NCBI GenBank assembly: GCA_051294905.1
Contig: CM119380.1
Location: 5,766,001-5,830,000, forward strand
Length of the DNA stretch: 64,000 nt
Origin: Botryllus schlosseri
Lineage: Eukaryota
Reading direction: 5' to 3'
How positions within the stretch are numbered: position 1 is the first letter of the stretch; every line of letters begins with the position of its first letter. The notes under the pieces were generated by a model. It ran no database searches, was not told the DNA's origin, and was given only the letters and a program-made list of their open reading frames with translations. Made by a program: the position numbers and the translations under genes. This document shows positions 11,446 to 24,791 of this stretch, piece by piece.

Positions 11446-12056
11446 TTGTCCAGTATATATCATCATACTTGCGAGTTAGTAAACGCGAGGAAGCTGATCC
11501 GATCAATGTATTATTGGCATTGATGCATGTGCTTAACCCTATTAAATTGATGCTACCTTGGTAAATTTGAAATCAATTCAATCAATTCAGCAGGCGGCCA
11601 GCTGGTTCCGCGCCTGGTTCATAGTATAGTAATTTTGTCACCATTTAAAAGCGACAGGTGATATTGAACTCCGGTGAGGCGGCTTTTACGTCTCTTCTGA
11701 CGTATTATGACATCACATACCTACGGGAAAGCATAGTTCAGCGCCTATGGTGAGTGATATGGCAAGGCAATATTATCAGTCCTACTCTGAAGCGTTCACT
11801 TCGAGGCGGCACACGCTGTCTGGGTGTAAAAGGTGCGATCGGGCTGCGAGCAAACTGATTCAACGATATGTCCGAATACTCGTGGTAGAGCAGAATATCG
11901 GTAAAAATAGATATGGATTAAAAACTTACTCCCCAACATCCACAAATATAACGATCTCTCTTCAGTTACAGGAAATACCGCTATACAACCCTACCTCTGC
12001 GCTTGTGTTTCAGATCTTTTTTCGGGTATTTGCAATTGATTTCTAGTTTTAACTTA

Positions 12057-12159
12057 ATGGCAACCAGATTACAGTCAAAGATGCCTAGTAGTTCGGGTTC
12101 GCAATCGTTGAAGCGTAAGCGAGATGACGTCGCGAAGCCCGTCCATTCGGCGAAAACAA
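12057..12159 (+). CDS. Candidate first coding exon of a host gene (MATRLQSKMPSSSGSQSLKRKRDDVAKPVHSAKT)
   Basis: Upstream acceptor tgtgtttcag at 12013, ATG at 12057, donor AA|GTAAGT at 12160; possible upstream donor GTGAGT at 11750; NLS-like KRKR. No homology assigned. Confidence 0.35.
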
Positions 12160-13049
12160 GTAAGTCGATATTGTATGTGTTTCGAGTGCATCACTATTAC
12201 GTTCTGCATTTCCTTCTACATCCCTGTGAAATGTCGCTCATTACTGACGATACCCATTCTCAAAAACGTTTTCATACTAATAATAGTGGCAAAGATTGAA
12301 TTTGTCCCCGATTGGTATACCTCTCACGACTATTTCAACGTGACGTAATAATCGCTAAGGCAGAATGAGTTGGTGTTCTAATCCGATTCCAATATATATT
12401 GTACTGATTCGAGTCGAATAGAGATATATTTCTTTTTTCAATTACTGATTAGATACGTTCATTTCCACAAAGAGGTAAATTAGCAGCGGGAATTGCATTT
12501 CCCAAGCTCTCTTGCCACCGCAGAAGTCTTAATATGTTTAATGACTTACATTTAAAACAAAAATCAATTTAAAACGAAAGTGTTTAAAACAAGGCCTTCG
12601 TTTAAAACATGTTTTATTGCTTTTTGTTTGAAATATCTGTACCAGAACTGTTGAACCGACTTGACTATATCGGGTGGTGATTGTCCGTAGGCTCATACAA
12701 CATGTTTTTTGGTAATTATTTACACAATTATGGCATGATTTGACAATTGAAAAAATACATTTTTTAAAAGGCCTTTGTTTAAAACACTGTTTAGAACATG
12801 TTTTAAACAAAGTGTTTTAAACCACCATTTGTTTTAAATGCAACTCTAGTCGTATTACAACATACGAAACAACGTTCGAGTGGATTAAACCACAATATTT
12901 TCACAATGTGCAATAAAATAGGTACGGTCAAAAACAATATATTTATCTTTAATATAGTGCAGCAAGGGCATTATAATAGGAGGTGCCCCTTCAAAATTCT
13001 CTCTTCATTCATACTCTTATGGCGTTATAAGTCAGATGCGTGCAACTTC

Positions 13050-13504
13050 TCTAGTTGGCGGGCCGGATATTGCAAAATGAAATACTTGCTGGGTCGTATT
13101 TCCTGGATCGATCCATTAATCGCGTATTTATCCTCCTGCATACTATAATAAATCGTATTCGATGTAAACTTGAAGTCTAAACCATTTAGTTCAAAACAGT
13201 GATAAATAAATTTATTAACGTAATGGGACATCTTTTATCCATCAAAGTAGTCGACAAGATCTTTGAACTGTGTGTGCATGACGGATTTCCAAACCCTTCG
13301 TAAAGATTGCACATGAACATTATTAGATAGAAACGCAGCTTTGTCTTGTTATTGTTCATTGCAGAAAATGTTTGGTGGCGAATATATGTAGGTAGACCCA
13401 GGCCGTGTGCCACATTAACATATAAGACCTGAAGGTGTTTGCCCGCCGCTTCCAATACCGTCACGGGCCAGGTCCTGCATCGGGCCGTATGTTGCCCGCC
13501 CCTG
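13050..13504. mobile_element. hAT MITE remnant (CAGGGGCGGGCAAC family)
   Basis: Ends gggccgtatgttgcccgcccctg; internal gcgggccggatat as at 31240-31320; left end decayed. Confidence 0.45.
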
Positions 13505-13633
13505 TTAAAAGTGATTCGCGGCTTGGAGCGCATATCGTTTCAACATCAAACTAAACAGGTAGTCCAATTAACTTTGCCCGGCCTTTTATTAGTGTATGGC
13601 TGATGCGAGGAAGACCGCTCTAATTTCTCTCAT

Positions 13634-13809
13634 ATGGATACAGAATGCAAATGCTACGAGTCTTACGACTTATACATGCTTGGAGCCATCCAATACACGG
13701 TGTGGCCGAGATATGAACCAAGCAATGACTTTCAACGCTATGATTTCGTCTAGAATGCTTGGAGACAACTGGCCAACACTGTCGAGGGATATAGAAGATG
13801 CCATTACGG
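13634..13809 (+). pseudogene. Decayed kelch blade truncated by a transposon
   Basis: YDLYMLGAIQ...SNDFQRYDFV*NAWRQLANT (TAG at 13751) parallels IYVVG...RSFQKHCLADNQWRDL in the intact kelch exon. Confidence 0.45.
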
Positions 13810-15189
13810 CAGTAGCGGCTCGTCCTATAGGGCAACTGGGGCATTGCCCCACCTAAAATTCTGTCAATAACAATTCTTTACCATTTATAGACGCACAGCA
13901 ATCTAAATGTACCGAAATCCTAGCGAAAATCGTATACTTCTTGTCCTTTCGCTTGTAAATGCCCATTAGGGTTGTTCAAAATTTGGAAAATGTTTGGAAT
14001 TATGCGTGTCCATCGCTTATTCTGTAGATTATTGTTAAAAAACAATAACGGGGTTGAAAGAAGCTCCCAGGAAAGCCGCTAACGTTTGTCTAAATGCGTT
14101 TGAAAGTCGCTGTTGAAGAGTGGGCGGGCAACCGACAGCAGAGGCGGGCAATCACGAAACCACGGTTCTTGATTGGGTAATCGGCTAAGCTTCACTGATT
14201 ACTGCAACAGCTGACTCGGATTCGGGAGCTTCGCTTTACTAAATTGAAAGTCTGTTTTGCTGAGGTAGAGTCTGTTAGTAGCGGTTGTGGTTCTGTACAA
14301 GCGCGTTGTGGGTTGATGAGTCATTAGTAGTACTGTAACACGTGTTCTTTGAATGCTTCAGAGTCGATAGCAGTAGTTTATGATTTGGAGCAACAATAGT
14401 GCACTCATGGCAGAGGCAAAACGGCGAAAGATTGCACACATGCCGCAGCGAAGAACAAGATCCAAATCTGAGCAGTACTTGGTCGGATATACTTGCGATT
14501 ACATCTGTGGCTCGAGATTACCTACTATACGAGAAGTAATGAGTTACTTGCTGCATCTGAAAGAGCATTGTCCTCAGCCAACCCCTACTCACGAACTATG
14601 TACTGTGGTGGTGGATGATGTAATGACAGTGGGGAAAATGGCGAGAATTGCGACAATGCAGTGCGATCACTTAAAAACCCTTGGAATTCAGAAGATACAA
14701 AATGCGGCAGGTCAGACAAGCTGAAACTACTTTCGACATAATTGAAAATTGGGATATACAAGATGCTGTAACAGCTTTGGTTTTTGACACCACAGCAAGC
14801 AACAGCGGCTGGAAGAAGGGTGCAGCGAAGATCCTTGAGGACCTTCTAGGAAAGAAGGTTTTTTACCATGCGTGTCGGCACCATGTGTATGAGCTAGTAG
14901 TCAAAGACGTCTGGAAATGTTTATTTGGAAAAGCAACGACCGGACCAGAGAACACATGGTTTGCCCACCTTAAGAAGAGCTGGAGGAGTCTTGACAGAAA
15001 ACAGCAATTCAAGACTCTGACTATTCCTATATGCTCTAAAGAACGAGCAGCAATGACAGTTGAGAACTTCAAGCTACTATTCGCCAGAAATGATTTCTTC
15101 GACATACAGGTACAGGTACAGATACCAACAGATTACTACTTTTAAGTATTCTCGATCAGGGTCTTGTGCTTGCACAGCTAAAGTGGGTA
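13810..15189 (+). mobile_element. Truncated hAT-like (hATm/Spy-like) DNA transposon
   Basis: Begins CAGTAGCGGCTCG; contains a transposase remnant; no matching right end found. Confidence 0.5.
14407..15145 (+). pseudogene. Frameshifted, internally deleted transposase of the FDTTxSNxG / CRHH type
   Basis: ALVFDTTASNSGWKKGA...LEDLLGKKVFYHACRHHVYELV: first catalytic D plus the C-x2-H motif of hAT/P-like transposases; frame change near 14700. Subgroup (hATm vs Spy) uncertain. Confidence 0.7.
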
Positions 15190-15357
15190 CACTGTAAAAA
15201 TTATTGTTGTAAAGTACCCTGTAACCAGCTTGTAATGGCGGACTGCAAGCTTGTTGAGGTTGTAAACGCCAAATGCAGGCACATAACAAGCTGTCGTGCT
15301 TGTAAATTAACAGGCTTCAGAAATGATGTCCAATAATGAACAACGCAGTTTGAACGT

Positions 15358-16055
15358 ATACTCCAGACATGCCTCAGACATGATGTCAGAGTGTCAACGC
15401 AGTTCAAACTCACCCCAGAAAAGTCCCAGACATTCCCCAGACATGTCCCAGACATGATGTCTGAGTGTCAGAGCAGTCCTAAAACACCCCTGATAATTTG
15501 TTCGATTGGCAACGAAGTCGGAGCCTACTCCAGACATGCCTCAGACATAACGTCAGAGTGTCAACGCAGTCCGAACACATTCCCCCCCCCCCCGACATGG
15601 CCCAGACATGATCTCTGGGTGTCAACAGAGAACGAACACGTCCCAGACATGATGTCCGAGTGACAACACAGTTATAAGACACCACAGACATGCCCCAGAC
15701 ACGATGTCAGAGTGTTAGCGCATTGCAAACTCACCCCAGACATGCCCCATACATGATGTCTGAGTGTCGAAGCAGTCCAAACACACCCCAGACATGACCC
15801 AAATCTGATCTCCGGGGGCCAACGCAGTCCCAACATACATCAGCCATACCGCAGACATGAAGATGATTAAGTGGATACGTAGGCCACACTCTAGTCTTGA
15901 TGTTCGAGTGGAAATAACACAGTCCAAACGCACCCCAGATGTACCGCAGACATGGTTTCCGAGTGAAAACATAATCCGAGCACACCCTAGATACGCCCCA
16001 GATTTGATGTCGTCCATAACACTCCATACATACCGCAGGCATACTCAAGACAACA
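15358..16055. repeat. Degenerate minisatellite (~55-60 bp units built on CCAGACAT) inside the CACTA element
   Basis: Recurring ccagacatgYcYcagacatgatgtcWgagtgtca units. Confidence 0.85.
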
Positions 16056-18076
16056 GAAGTATTATGGTCATTATTTTTCATCATTATTACTTCAATCACA
16101 AATCGTCAATGCATATTGTACAAAATAAAGGCACGGCCGCGGTTGAACGGTTCGGTAAAAGTCCGCCAAAATGTTGGCTGCCGAGTCTTTCATTTCTGCT
16201 TCACTGGGCAGCAGAAGCTTTGGCGTCAGCTGTAGCGTTTGTTGTAGCTTGAGTCGAAATCATATTCTTGTCGAATCACATTGAGGGCTGCTATGTGTGG
16301 CGTCATTTTTAGATAGGAAGTGTTAGAGACGTAGTATCTATGTGCAGATTGTGAAGTTGTGCATCATTCACCTTTAGTTAGTACCATTTGACGTCATATC
16401 CGGCTTAATTCATTTTGTGTAGTATATGGCGCGAATATGTTGTGAGAGTGGAGCGGAGCCGAGAAAGTTTGCTAGTTTTTCAGTCAGTATTGTCTTATTG
16501 AAAGGGATTCCACCGCTGCGATAGCTATATATTCTTGTGTAGTCGTGCTCAATTGACTACTACATCCATGAGATTGGTACGTAGAAAATTATATGTGATT
16601 TGGTGACTTTGCAGAATATAGAATTAGTCCTGTTTGCTAACGGACGTATTCCATCGAGTAAACGATGTCAGCGTTGATGACTGTTACTGAGATGTTGTTT
16701 GGGATGGCTGATTCCACTGACTGCCAGTTAAGTTTGAATTTGAAAATAAATTCAGGTAAATTTCGGCCTCACAGTTCTAGTTTATTAATTACTTGACATA
16801 TTTGTGTTACAGGTGCTTCAAAAGTGTCAGATTTGCTTGGTATATGGTCTGTGTAATTCCAATTGAAGTGCCAGCATTGTGTATCTATTAATGACACAAG
16901 ATTGGTAAGATACTCTGCCATCGGCCTATATGGAATCTCTGTCCATTTTTTGAAATAAATCCTGCGTGATGAGAGCTTTTCTATATAGAATAATTAAGGA
17001 ATTAAACAGAAAATCCTGCGTGACGTTGCCACCAATTCCACTCCGGGCCATCGGATATACTTGATGGTGTAGTATTCAGCACAATTTTGTCTTGCATTGC
17101 AGGTGATATTTCAAAGTGCAGGAGATGTACCCTGTGGTCTGCAAAAGTCAGATCAACGCAACAATATTCCATCGATCATGACTTATCTCGTAGCCTCTAT
17201 ACTCCGGAAGAAAATAATCGGTTGTAGTCGAGTAAGTTATTTTGTAAGATATAAATTTAGTCAAGGTTGCAAAAGATTTTAGCAGTCAATTGATAATGAC
17301 TGCTTTCGAAATTGCAAGATGCATCTTCACGACTAATGGAAAATGACCCATAATGACGCTACAAATAAGTTGAAATCCTTGAAAATTTATTGTGACTGTG
17401 ATGGTTATTTCATGCGGTTCTTATGACATTTTCGCGCGTAAAGTGACGCAAAGTTATATCTAGCCTACCAATGCTACCTCAACTTATTTGAAAGATTAGA
17501 AGTATTTCATTACTCACTACCCATCAGTGTTATTGGGTACTATTTCCCGAAGCACATTCGGCTCATTGTGACTTGTGACAACCATAAACCTACGTAAGAT
17601 TCAAGTGTTGAAGTATGGATGTATTGCACTATTTCAAAGCCTGCATATTTTAGAACTCTTGGAATGTGAAACTCGGTACAACATTTGCACGCTTTACATC
17701 ACGAATCAGAAGAACCAGTCGATCCAGTTTCCATTGCAAAGAAATATGTTTAGAAGTCATGATGTACAAAGACAGCCTATACAAGCAGCGGAATCGTCCA
17801 CAGACATTGCATGAAGCAGGAAACCCTGCTTCGCTGACTAAGTAAGAAATAGCTATTTTCTTGTCCATCTAAAACAGTATTTCCCAAACTTTTGTACACA
17901 CCAGAGTCCGATAAACGCTCAAAACTTCATCATCGTGCATATGTTTGAATGTGTGCTCCTAACTAGCTTGTTTGAATGTGTGCTCCTAACTAGCGGTCAA
18001 TAACTCACTGAATAATAATTCTATTTGTTGTTGGGTTGTAAGAAAACTCAATGTTTCACATCAATGGGGTGGTGGC

Positions 18077-18248
18077 CAATGTTACCTCTAAGCTGCGCAT
18101 GTGCGCAAATGTGCAGTGCTGACACAGTCTCTGCGCACAAAAAATCCGAACTGATGACCTTATTTACTCGTTATGCACTGTTGTCCAAGGGTCTGCGCAG
18201 CGACTTGGCAAGTGTGCGAAGACTCGTCAAAAATGAGAGGGAACATTG
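18077..18248. mobile_element. 172-bp hAT MITE (CAATGTTMCCTCT family)
   Basis: Ends CAATGTTACCTC / GAGGGAACATTG; perfect 8-bp TSD GTGGTGGC; inverted copy at 38159-38343. Confidence 0.85.
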
Positions 18249-19249
18249 GTGGTGGCGACGTTGTCCGATTGAATGCGCCTTTTACGACTACGGATGAGGT
18301 GACCATATATTTATAAATCATACTTTGGTTCGTATTAATTTACGTATTTTCCCAAACAGTGATCCATAGTTTATGTCGCTCCCTGCTCTCAGCCACCCCC
18401 CCCCCCCAATCACCAAATTGAAAGCTAGCGCCCCCTTCAGAGTTGTAAAGGCCCCAGGTGGGACTGCAGCCCACTTTAAAAACACTTTTCTAAAAGAATC
18501 TCTATTTATATGACCAATTTGAAATTTCAGATCGGAGAATCTATGAAGAATGGAAAAAGCTTGACGTGATCTATAAACTGTAACATCCTTATCACCGAAA
18601 TCAATTTCATCTTACCCTGCCAAAAAAGAGCTGATGAAAGAAACTGCTTGCATAGTTATGGAATATGCCTGGTGGATATATTGCGCTGACGTGTTGCTGT
18701 ATAAATAAATGCGCGCTTCTGATTTGTGAACAATCATGTCCACCATATATGCATTAGGCTATTTGTACTGATGAGTAATGCCAGTACAGGTACAAGATTA
18801 GGTATGAGAAAGAGAGAGAGTTACAAGCTTGTGCCTGTAGTGAGCTTACAGGCTTATGGTTGTAAGGTTGTAATGAGATTGCAAGCTTATTGTTGTAATG
18901 AGTTTGCAAGCTTATGGTTGTAAGGCTGTAACGAGTTTACAAGCTTATGGTTGTAAGGTTGTATTGGAAGTCACCAGGCTTTTTGCTGTAAATTTACAAC
19001 AATAATTTTTACAGTGTATATGATAACAACATTTCCACATAAACTTGAACAGGCTTCGAACCGCTAATAATTCTATTTACATAATGAGAATATTGAAGCA
19101 GAATGAAATCTTTGGGTGAATCTGCATCGCTTTTGCCAATAAGACCTGTCAGTGTGGACTTTGTGTTACGGTAACCGTTCATAGCTACTAAATCATAACT
19201 ATTTATGCCGATTTTGGTAATCCTTCGTTATTTGAAAAGATGAAGCTTG

Positions 19250-19740
19250 CAGGGTTGAAAGCTGTGTCAGCTGGTGATTAAACCACATGAGTCTGCTAGG
19301 CTACGGCTCGTTCCAATCTAGATCGTCGAATTACGGAGTATTCATGAATAACACTTGTCTACACGAATTTTGCGCCAGGATTTGCACCTAATTTGTGAGC
19401 GCTAAAAACGAATCTGGCGTTATTTTTGTTCTATAAAGTCACGTTTTGTATATGCCGATTTTTACTACTTTTGCCGCTTACTCAACTAGATATAATCTAC
19501 TTGCAGTACATACTGAAGTTGATACGTTTTTGGATAACTTCCACTTCTACCTGAACAGTATTTTGGATCAGCTATCTACTTTTGCAATTTCTATTTTGGG
19601 AAGTAGAAATTGCATCACTCTCGTGAGTTTCATTATCACCAAAGACTTTAATTTTGATACCCAACTACTAGTAGATGCGTAATAATACCGCGGAACCATT
19701 TCCCAGTAATGTCACACCGAGTTGAAGTAGAAGGATAAAT
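19250..19740 (+). pseudogene. Decayed BTB domain and BTB-BACK junction
   Basis: QG*KLCQLVIK (cf. G-LCDVVL), KNESGVIFVL*, FAAYST...FLDNFHFYLNSILDQLSTFAISILGSRNCITL (cf. L..L...C..FL...L..xNC); stops and frameshifts. Confidence 0.4.
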
Positions 19741-20289
19741 TTCACTGCCCTACAAATTTAAAAAGAAATTTTGCACCTAAAATTTTAATGATTGATATAG
19801 GCTTATTTTAGGTTGCTGAATCCGATTCTTCTGAGCTCAGAATTTCTCTATCACGTCAGATTTTGTCGGTATGAATTATTCTCATTTTCATAAATTAATC
19901 AAATTTAGGCTATTGTAAGTGAAATGACGGCGAACGTATAACAGCAACAGATCACATATTGTTATTGAAATCATCTATGATGAATCCCGGGTTGTTGAAA
20001 TGAGTCAGTTTTTGGTGAACTTCAATCCAGTAGTTCTCAATCTTCTTTTAATAAGGACCTATTCTCGACCCATAAAGTATATGTGGACGCAACCATTTTA
20101 GTCGGTAACGTTTATCATCGTTATACATCACTCTACGTGTAAGGATTGTTTTAAGTAGCTCCAGATTCAATTTATTTCCCAACGTTATATTTATACATCG
20201 GCCGTGCAGACTTAGTCGTTCAATGCAATTTTTATGCTGGAACAGAGTCAGAGATGAGTATTGGACAATTTCTACCGATATTTTAGAAT

Positions 20290-20640
20290 AAGCTTCACAT
20301 TTTTGGATGTTTCTGATTTGGCGTAATATCTTATCATGAACCTGAGTTGGTCGAAATGATGAGCGTTGCTACTCAAGTAGAACAGGTAACGCCTTACATT
20401 TCTACTCAATTATAGGTAGAAGTACTAATCTCCAAGACATGTCCGAACGACATGAATGGACCCATAAGTACTATAAGTCAGTAAGTATACAAGTTTGTTT
20501 GGTCGCATACTTTCAACAGTTACTCAGAGGTGGCTAATCACGAAATTGGAAGACGAATATTCAGTTTCCTGGCTTTAGGGAAAACGACCGAATACAGATT
20601 GAGCAAATCCTATATTATCCGCGAAACAATTAAGAAATCT
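20290..20640 (+). pseudogene. Decayed BACK-domain pieces
   Basis: FTFLDVSDLA*YLI and RW/ANHEIGRRIFSFL...LSKSYII resemble BACK motifs; frameshifted. Confidence 0.25.
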
Positions 20641-20995
20641 CATCAAAATACATACACAATTGGCGTCATGTTGTATCGTCTCAAAATTAAACCATTTTCG
20701 TGTAACATTCAAAACCCCAATCGACCTAATAGTTGTGACCATACTTTGAATTCTGTATTCTGTTATAGAGTTGAGAGTACATTTCATTGAAATGTGGCTG
20801 GTTAACCCTTTTAAAATCGGATCAGTTTTCGCGAAACTGACCATCACTTTTTAAATTCATACCGTGACCACAGCAAGACTTAAAGCTGGGCTGTTTCAGT
20901 TTAAAAGTGGGCGGACTATATCTCCCTACCGTTTCCACCTCCCATCGACACCCCAAGACATGTCTAGGTTTTTTATAAGACAAAATAAACAACGT

Positions 20996-21014
20996 TCTCT
21001 CTCTCTCTCTCTCT
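20996..21014. repeat. (TC)n microsatellite
   Basis: Direct reading. Confidence 0.9.
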
Positions 21015-21700
21015 TTCAAGACTGGCCCTCCAGGATAGCGTCAGAGAGTCAATAATGATGCATCAGTGAGTAGCCACCGTTGCCTGGTTTCGAACAAGCC
21101 GTCACCCAAGGCCGTAAACCGCGAGGCTCGCCAGATATCGAAAAATCAAAAATACATGAAAAATTTACATATGGGCGTGCTCAGTGAGTGGTCATAATGG
21201 TCAAGTTCAAGATCAATATCGCATCGAACCCCTACCGCCTAGTTAATGGCATGAAACAACGTGGGGCACTTGCTCTTGTCGTATTCAACCATTTGCAGGC
21301 ATAGTAAACCAGTTTATGACGCATAATCGGTCAATAACTTGACTATGTGCTTGCAAATCACAGAAGCGTGGTTTTCCTGTGGCATAGTACTTAATCGTGT
21401 TTATTACATGCGTGAATAAATTTTATTTTTTCTGAACAAATGTGGCCTCTAACATTGACTGAACAGTTTGGTCAGGTAGCGTTCACTGCAAATGAGGCTC
21501 ACATGGGCCCAAAAAGTTGATTCTCCGAACTGAATAAAATCAATCCATGCACGAAAATTACCGCGTTTGCCACAACTACTTGTCTCGTGGCGAAGTCACG
21601 GAAAAGGAATGAGTTTAAAATGTTTTCATTTGGCTACTACTAGAATAAATTGTCGACAGAGATGTGTTTATGGCTTTAGAACAACTGTCTCTGACTAAAG

Positions 21701-23311
21701 CAGTGCTTCTGAACCTTTTTCAGTTCGTGACCAGCTTTTCATCCAAATTTCATTGCGCGACCCACCAGACACCATTCCGCGACTAACGTTTTAACCACTG
21801 CTCATGTACGCCAGTTTTCATGTTGCCAGCGTAATATAATTATTTGGCCGCGCCTAGCGAGAACATTTCCTGGAATTCGGTCAATGATATGGGCGATTCC
21901 ATGTTGTTTTGTCCTCTTGTCGGATCAGATTTACCAGTAAGCCTATATATAGAGAGAGCGCTTACGAAGGTGGTGTCCAATTAATTATTAATTAATACTA
22001 ATTATATCTTCGGACGGCCCCGTTGCTTTGTTAGCAGGTTATCACTTTCTTTCATGTTTTTATTTCGTGATCTCGTGTCTGTATAGTCCAAATATATTGG
22101 AATCACAGAAACGTTTCATGACTAAAATCAAAGATGGAATTCTTCCATGCGACACAGATTCGAAATTTGCATTTTAACACGAGGCGAATGATTTTTCTCA
22201 GGGGGTAACATTTGTTCAGTGAGTGTCAGATTGTCAGGACAGCAATATTTGGCAACATCCAATTAGGCGCCTATGTGGTCAATATACAACTCGATATCTA
22301 CATATATATATCGAAGGTTTCGGTTCTTTTCAGCCAAGGTATTCCCGATGTCTATCTCTTTGGCAGTTTGCTCTTGCGCAATAGTGTCTTTGCCGAGACT
22401 TCACGTGTGTTGTGGCGCTGTTATGGCCGACACCGAAACGCCAATTTCTATACATTATGCGTACTTCTGGTAGGGTAGAGGTACGTATATTGAAATCTAG
22501 ACATCTAAAGATGTTAAATCGCGCAAGGCGCGAAGAAAATTGGAAAAAAAGTTGAATGCATTACCAAACAAATACTCCGTAATTGATGATGGATCACGTT
22601 GATTCATGAGCTATTTTTGCCTGGCCCCGACGAGCACCCCCGCCCTATCGAGGGGTTTGGGTACGGCAGTTATGGTCCTGCATGTAACAGATGATTACAA
22701 ACGTAAAAGGATTATCTAGACTTCTCCTTGCCACCCGATCTGCGAAAGTGATGTCTGGATGCCTGGAAGTGGGTCGTGCTTCAAGTCTGCAGATGGGGAA
22801 TCATAATAAATATTACCAACCTGGTGTAACTTACCATTGTAGTCGAAAAACATCATGGGTATAATTCATATAACAGCAAAGGAGAAAACGCATGTCCAAT
22901 GAATAATTCGTCTTTTACGTCGAACACAAAGGAGTTGTGAGTAGCTTGAGTTGAGGCAATTGTTTCCTGATTAAAACGGCAAACCAGGCTGGATTGCAGC
23001 AATTGCCGATCAACGTTCGCAAAGCCATTGGAGGAAAGAATGAATTCCAATTCCCATTCGTACCGAATATCGTACCGTCCACTTTCACACTCTAATCAAA
23101 ATGTCTGTCACGAAAACCTGGCTCCTGGGAAATTTGCTTGTGGCGGTCATGGACGCAAAAATAATTTAAAGGAGAACGTATATTAGCTCGTAAAATCCTG
23201 TTAAGATGAGCTGTTTGGAATATTAGGGAACTAATTTCGAAACTGTAACAGTTAAATATGCTTCGCGGCCCACCTGAAATGGCTTCGCGACCCTCCGCTT
23301 GAGAAGCGGTG
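21701..23311. mobile_element. Non-autonomous hAT element, 1611 bp
   Basis: Ends CAGTGCTTCTGAACC / GCTTGAGAAGCGGTG; perfect 8-bp TSD GACTAAAG. Confidence 0.8.
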
Positions 23312-24004
23312 GACTAAAGCATCCAAACGGCCTTAATATTATTGTTTATTTTGATTTGCGAAAAAAATTTGAGCCTACTTCAAGCCTCCAAAATTCCAGA
23401 CATTTAGGCATATTTTAGAATTTCCTCCCTCAAGCAATTTTTACAATGAAATTCCGGACATGTCCGGGAAATTACGAACGTATGGCAACCCTACCATAAA
23501 TAAACTTAAATCATGTATATAAGTATTTACCTAAATACTTAAATAGCGTTGCATTAATTGAATCAGTTTCATTTCAACCACCTATGTTAAATTCAAAATA
23601 ATCAGTTAGAATATAATATTATTAACGTATCTGGAAGCAAAATTGGTTGTTGTACTATTTTCGGTAGTAAACAATTTAGTGCAGTTTTTCGAAAGGTTCC
23701 AGCAATAGTCTGCCATAATATGTTCGCCGTATCTGCACTGATATCTTGCTTGTTGTTTTGATGTATAGGTGGAACCCTTCCCCTTTCTGTTCCCTCTAAT
23801 CAACAGTATTATCAGAAAACATATCGCGATGACTGAACAGTAAGTGAGATTTAATTCTCATGTTTGCTCCAAGGTTTCCATATACAGATATCATTTCTCG
23901 GACCAACGGTTTGTAGTTGGATGCTTGGTGATCTTCCAAAAAGTTTTATTTACTACATCCTAGAAGGGATTCTACGCACTGAGCATGAGCACCTTTATTA
24001 TTAA

Positions 24005-24791
24005 CCCTAGACAGCTCAGGTTGGGGTCAATTTGACCCCAGGCGAGCAAATATATGAGTCATATTTTCATGTGCGGTCAGATTGTTATTGACAGCCATGT
24101 AATCCTAAATGGTCATATGCACTATCAATTGGAATAAAGCATTAGCTGGTTATCTCTATTTCCTCACCGCTATGAGCTATTGATTTAGCATGGGTCAGAT
24201 TCTGAATGTATAGTGGCCAGACTAAGTATTGTTCTCCTCTTTGTAATCGGACCGATTCCGGCTGTTTATATGATTCTTTCGCATTGTTTAGGTCACGTGG
24301 AGTCAACGAGACATGACGGATAGCTTCCCGATTGTTGTATTGTAATAATTTTTGTAATAAATAACTTATGGGGGGTGTTTGACCACAGCTCGCCATTCGT
24401 GTAATGGTATTAGGCCTCAGCGGGAACTTCGAAATGGGTAGAGAGTAGGGTGCAATGTTCCAAAAAGGTAGATGCATCGTTGTAACGTCCCGCGGAGGTT
24501 ATTAGACAGCTGTATAGCGAAATTGTTAAGCAAAAAAGCATATTAACTGATGGCGTCAAATTGACCCCACCTGACCCATCGTGTAACGATATCCCACCTC
24601 AGTGGTCTCGGATGGGTAGGGAGTAGGGTACCATGTACCGAAAAGGTAGATGCATTGTTGTAACGTCCCGCAGGAGGTTATTAGACAGATCTATAGCGAA
24701 ATTGGTGAGAAAATAGGCATATTAACAGATGGGGTCAATTTGACCCCACCTGACCAAGCGTGTGACGATATCCCGCCTGAGCAGTCTAGGG
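24005..24791. mobile_element. piggyBac-type MITE with internal ~180-bp tandem duplication
   Basis: TTAA TSD on both sides; TIR CCCTAGACAGCTCAGG vs CCCTAGACTGCTCAGG (15/16); duplicated block at ~24420-24600 and ~24600-24780. Confidence 0.9.

Larger units (their letters stand above)
15190..19016. mobile_element. Non-autonomous CACTA/EnSpm-type element, 3827 bp
   Basis: Perfect 24-bp TIR CACTGTAAAAATTATTGTTGTAAA; 2-bp TA TSD; subterminal (aagcttatggttgtaa)-like repeats at ~15200-15310 and ~18820-18965. Confidence 0.85.

Noticed and set aside
11805-11830. Resemblance to the 5.8S rRNA 3' end (cacacgctgtctgggtgt)
   Set aside because: Under 20 nt with mismatches and no flanking rRNA similarity.
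15358-16055. CRISPR-like repeat-spacer appearance
   Set aside because: Units are degenerate tandem repeats without unique spacers; eukaryotic context; no cas genes.
15391-16252. Cluster of overlapping 70-130 aa ORFs
   Set aside because: They are translations of the CCAGACAT minisatellite on both strands.
19040-19062. Pol III B-box (GGTTCGAAGCC on the minus strand)
   Set aside because: No A-box or tRNA-like structure upstream.
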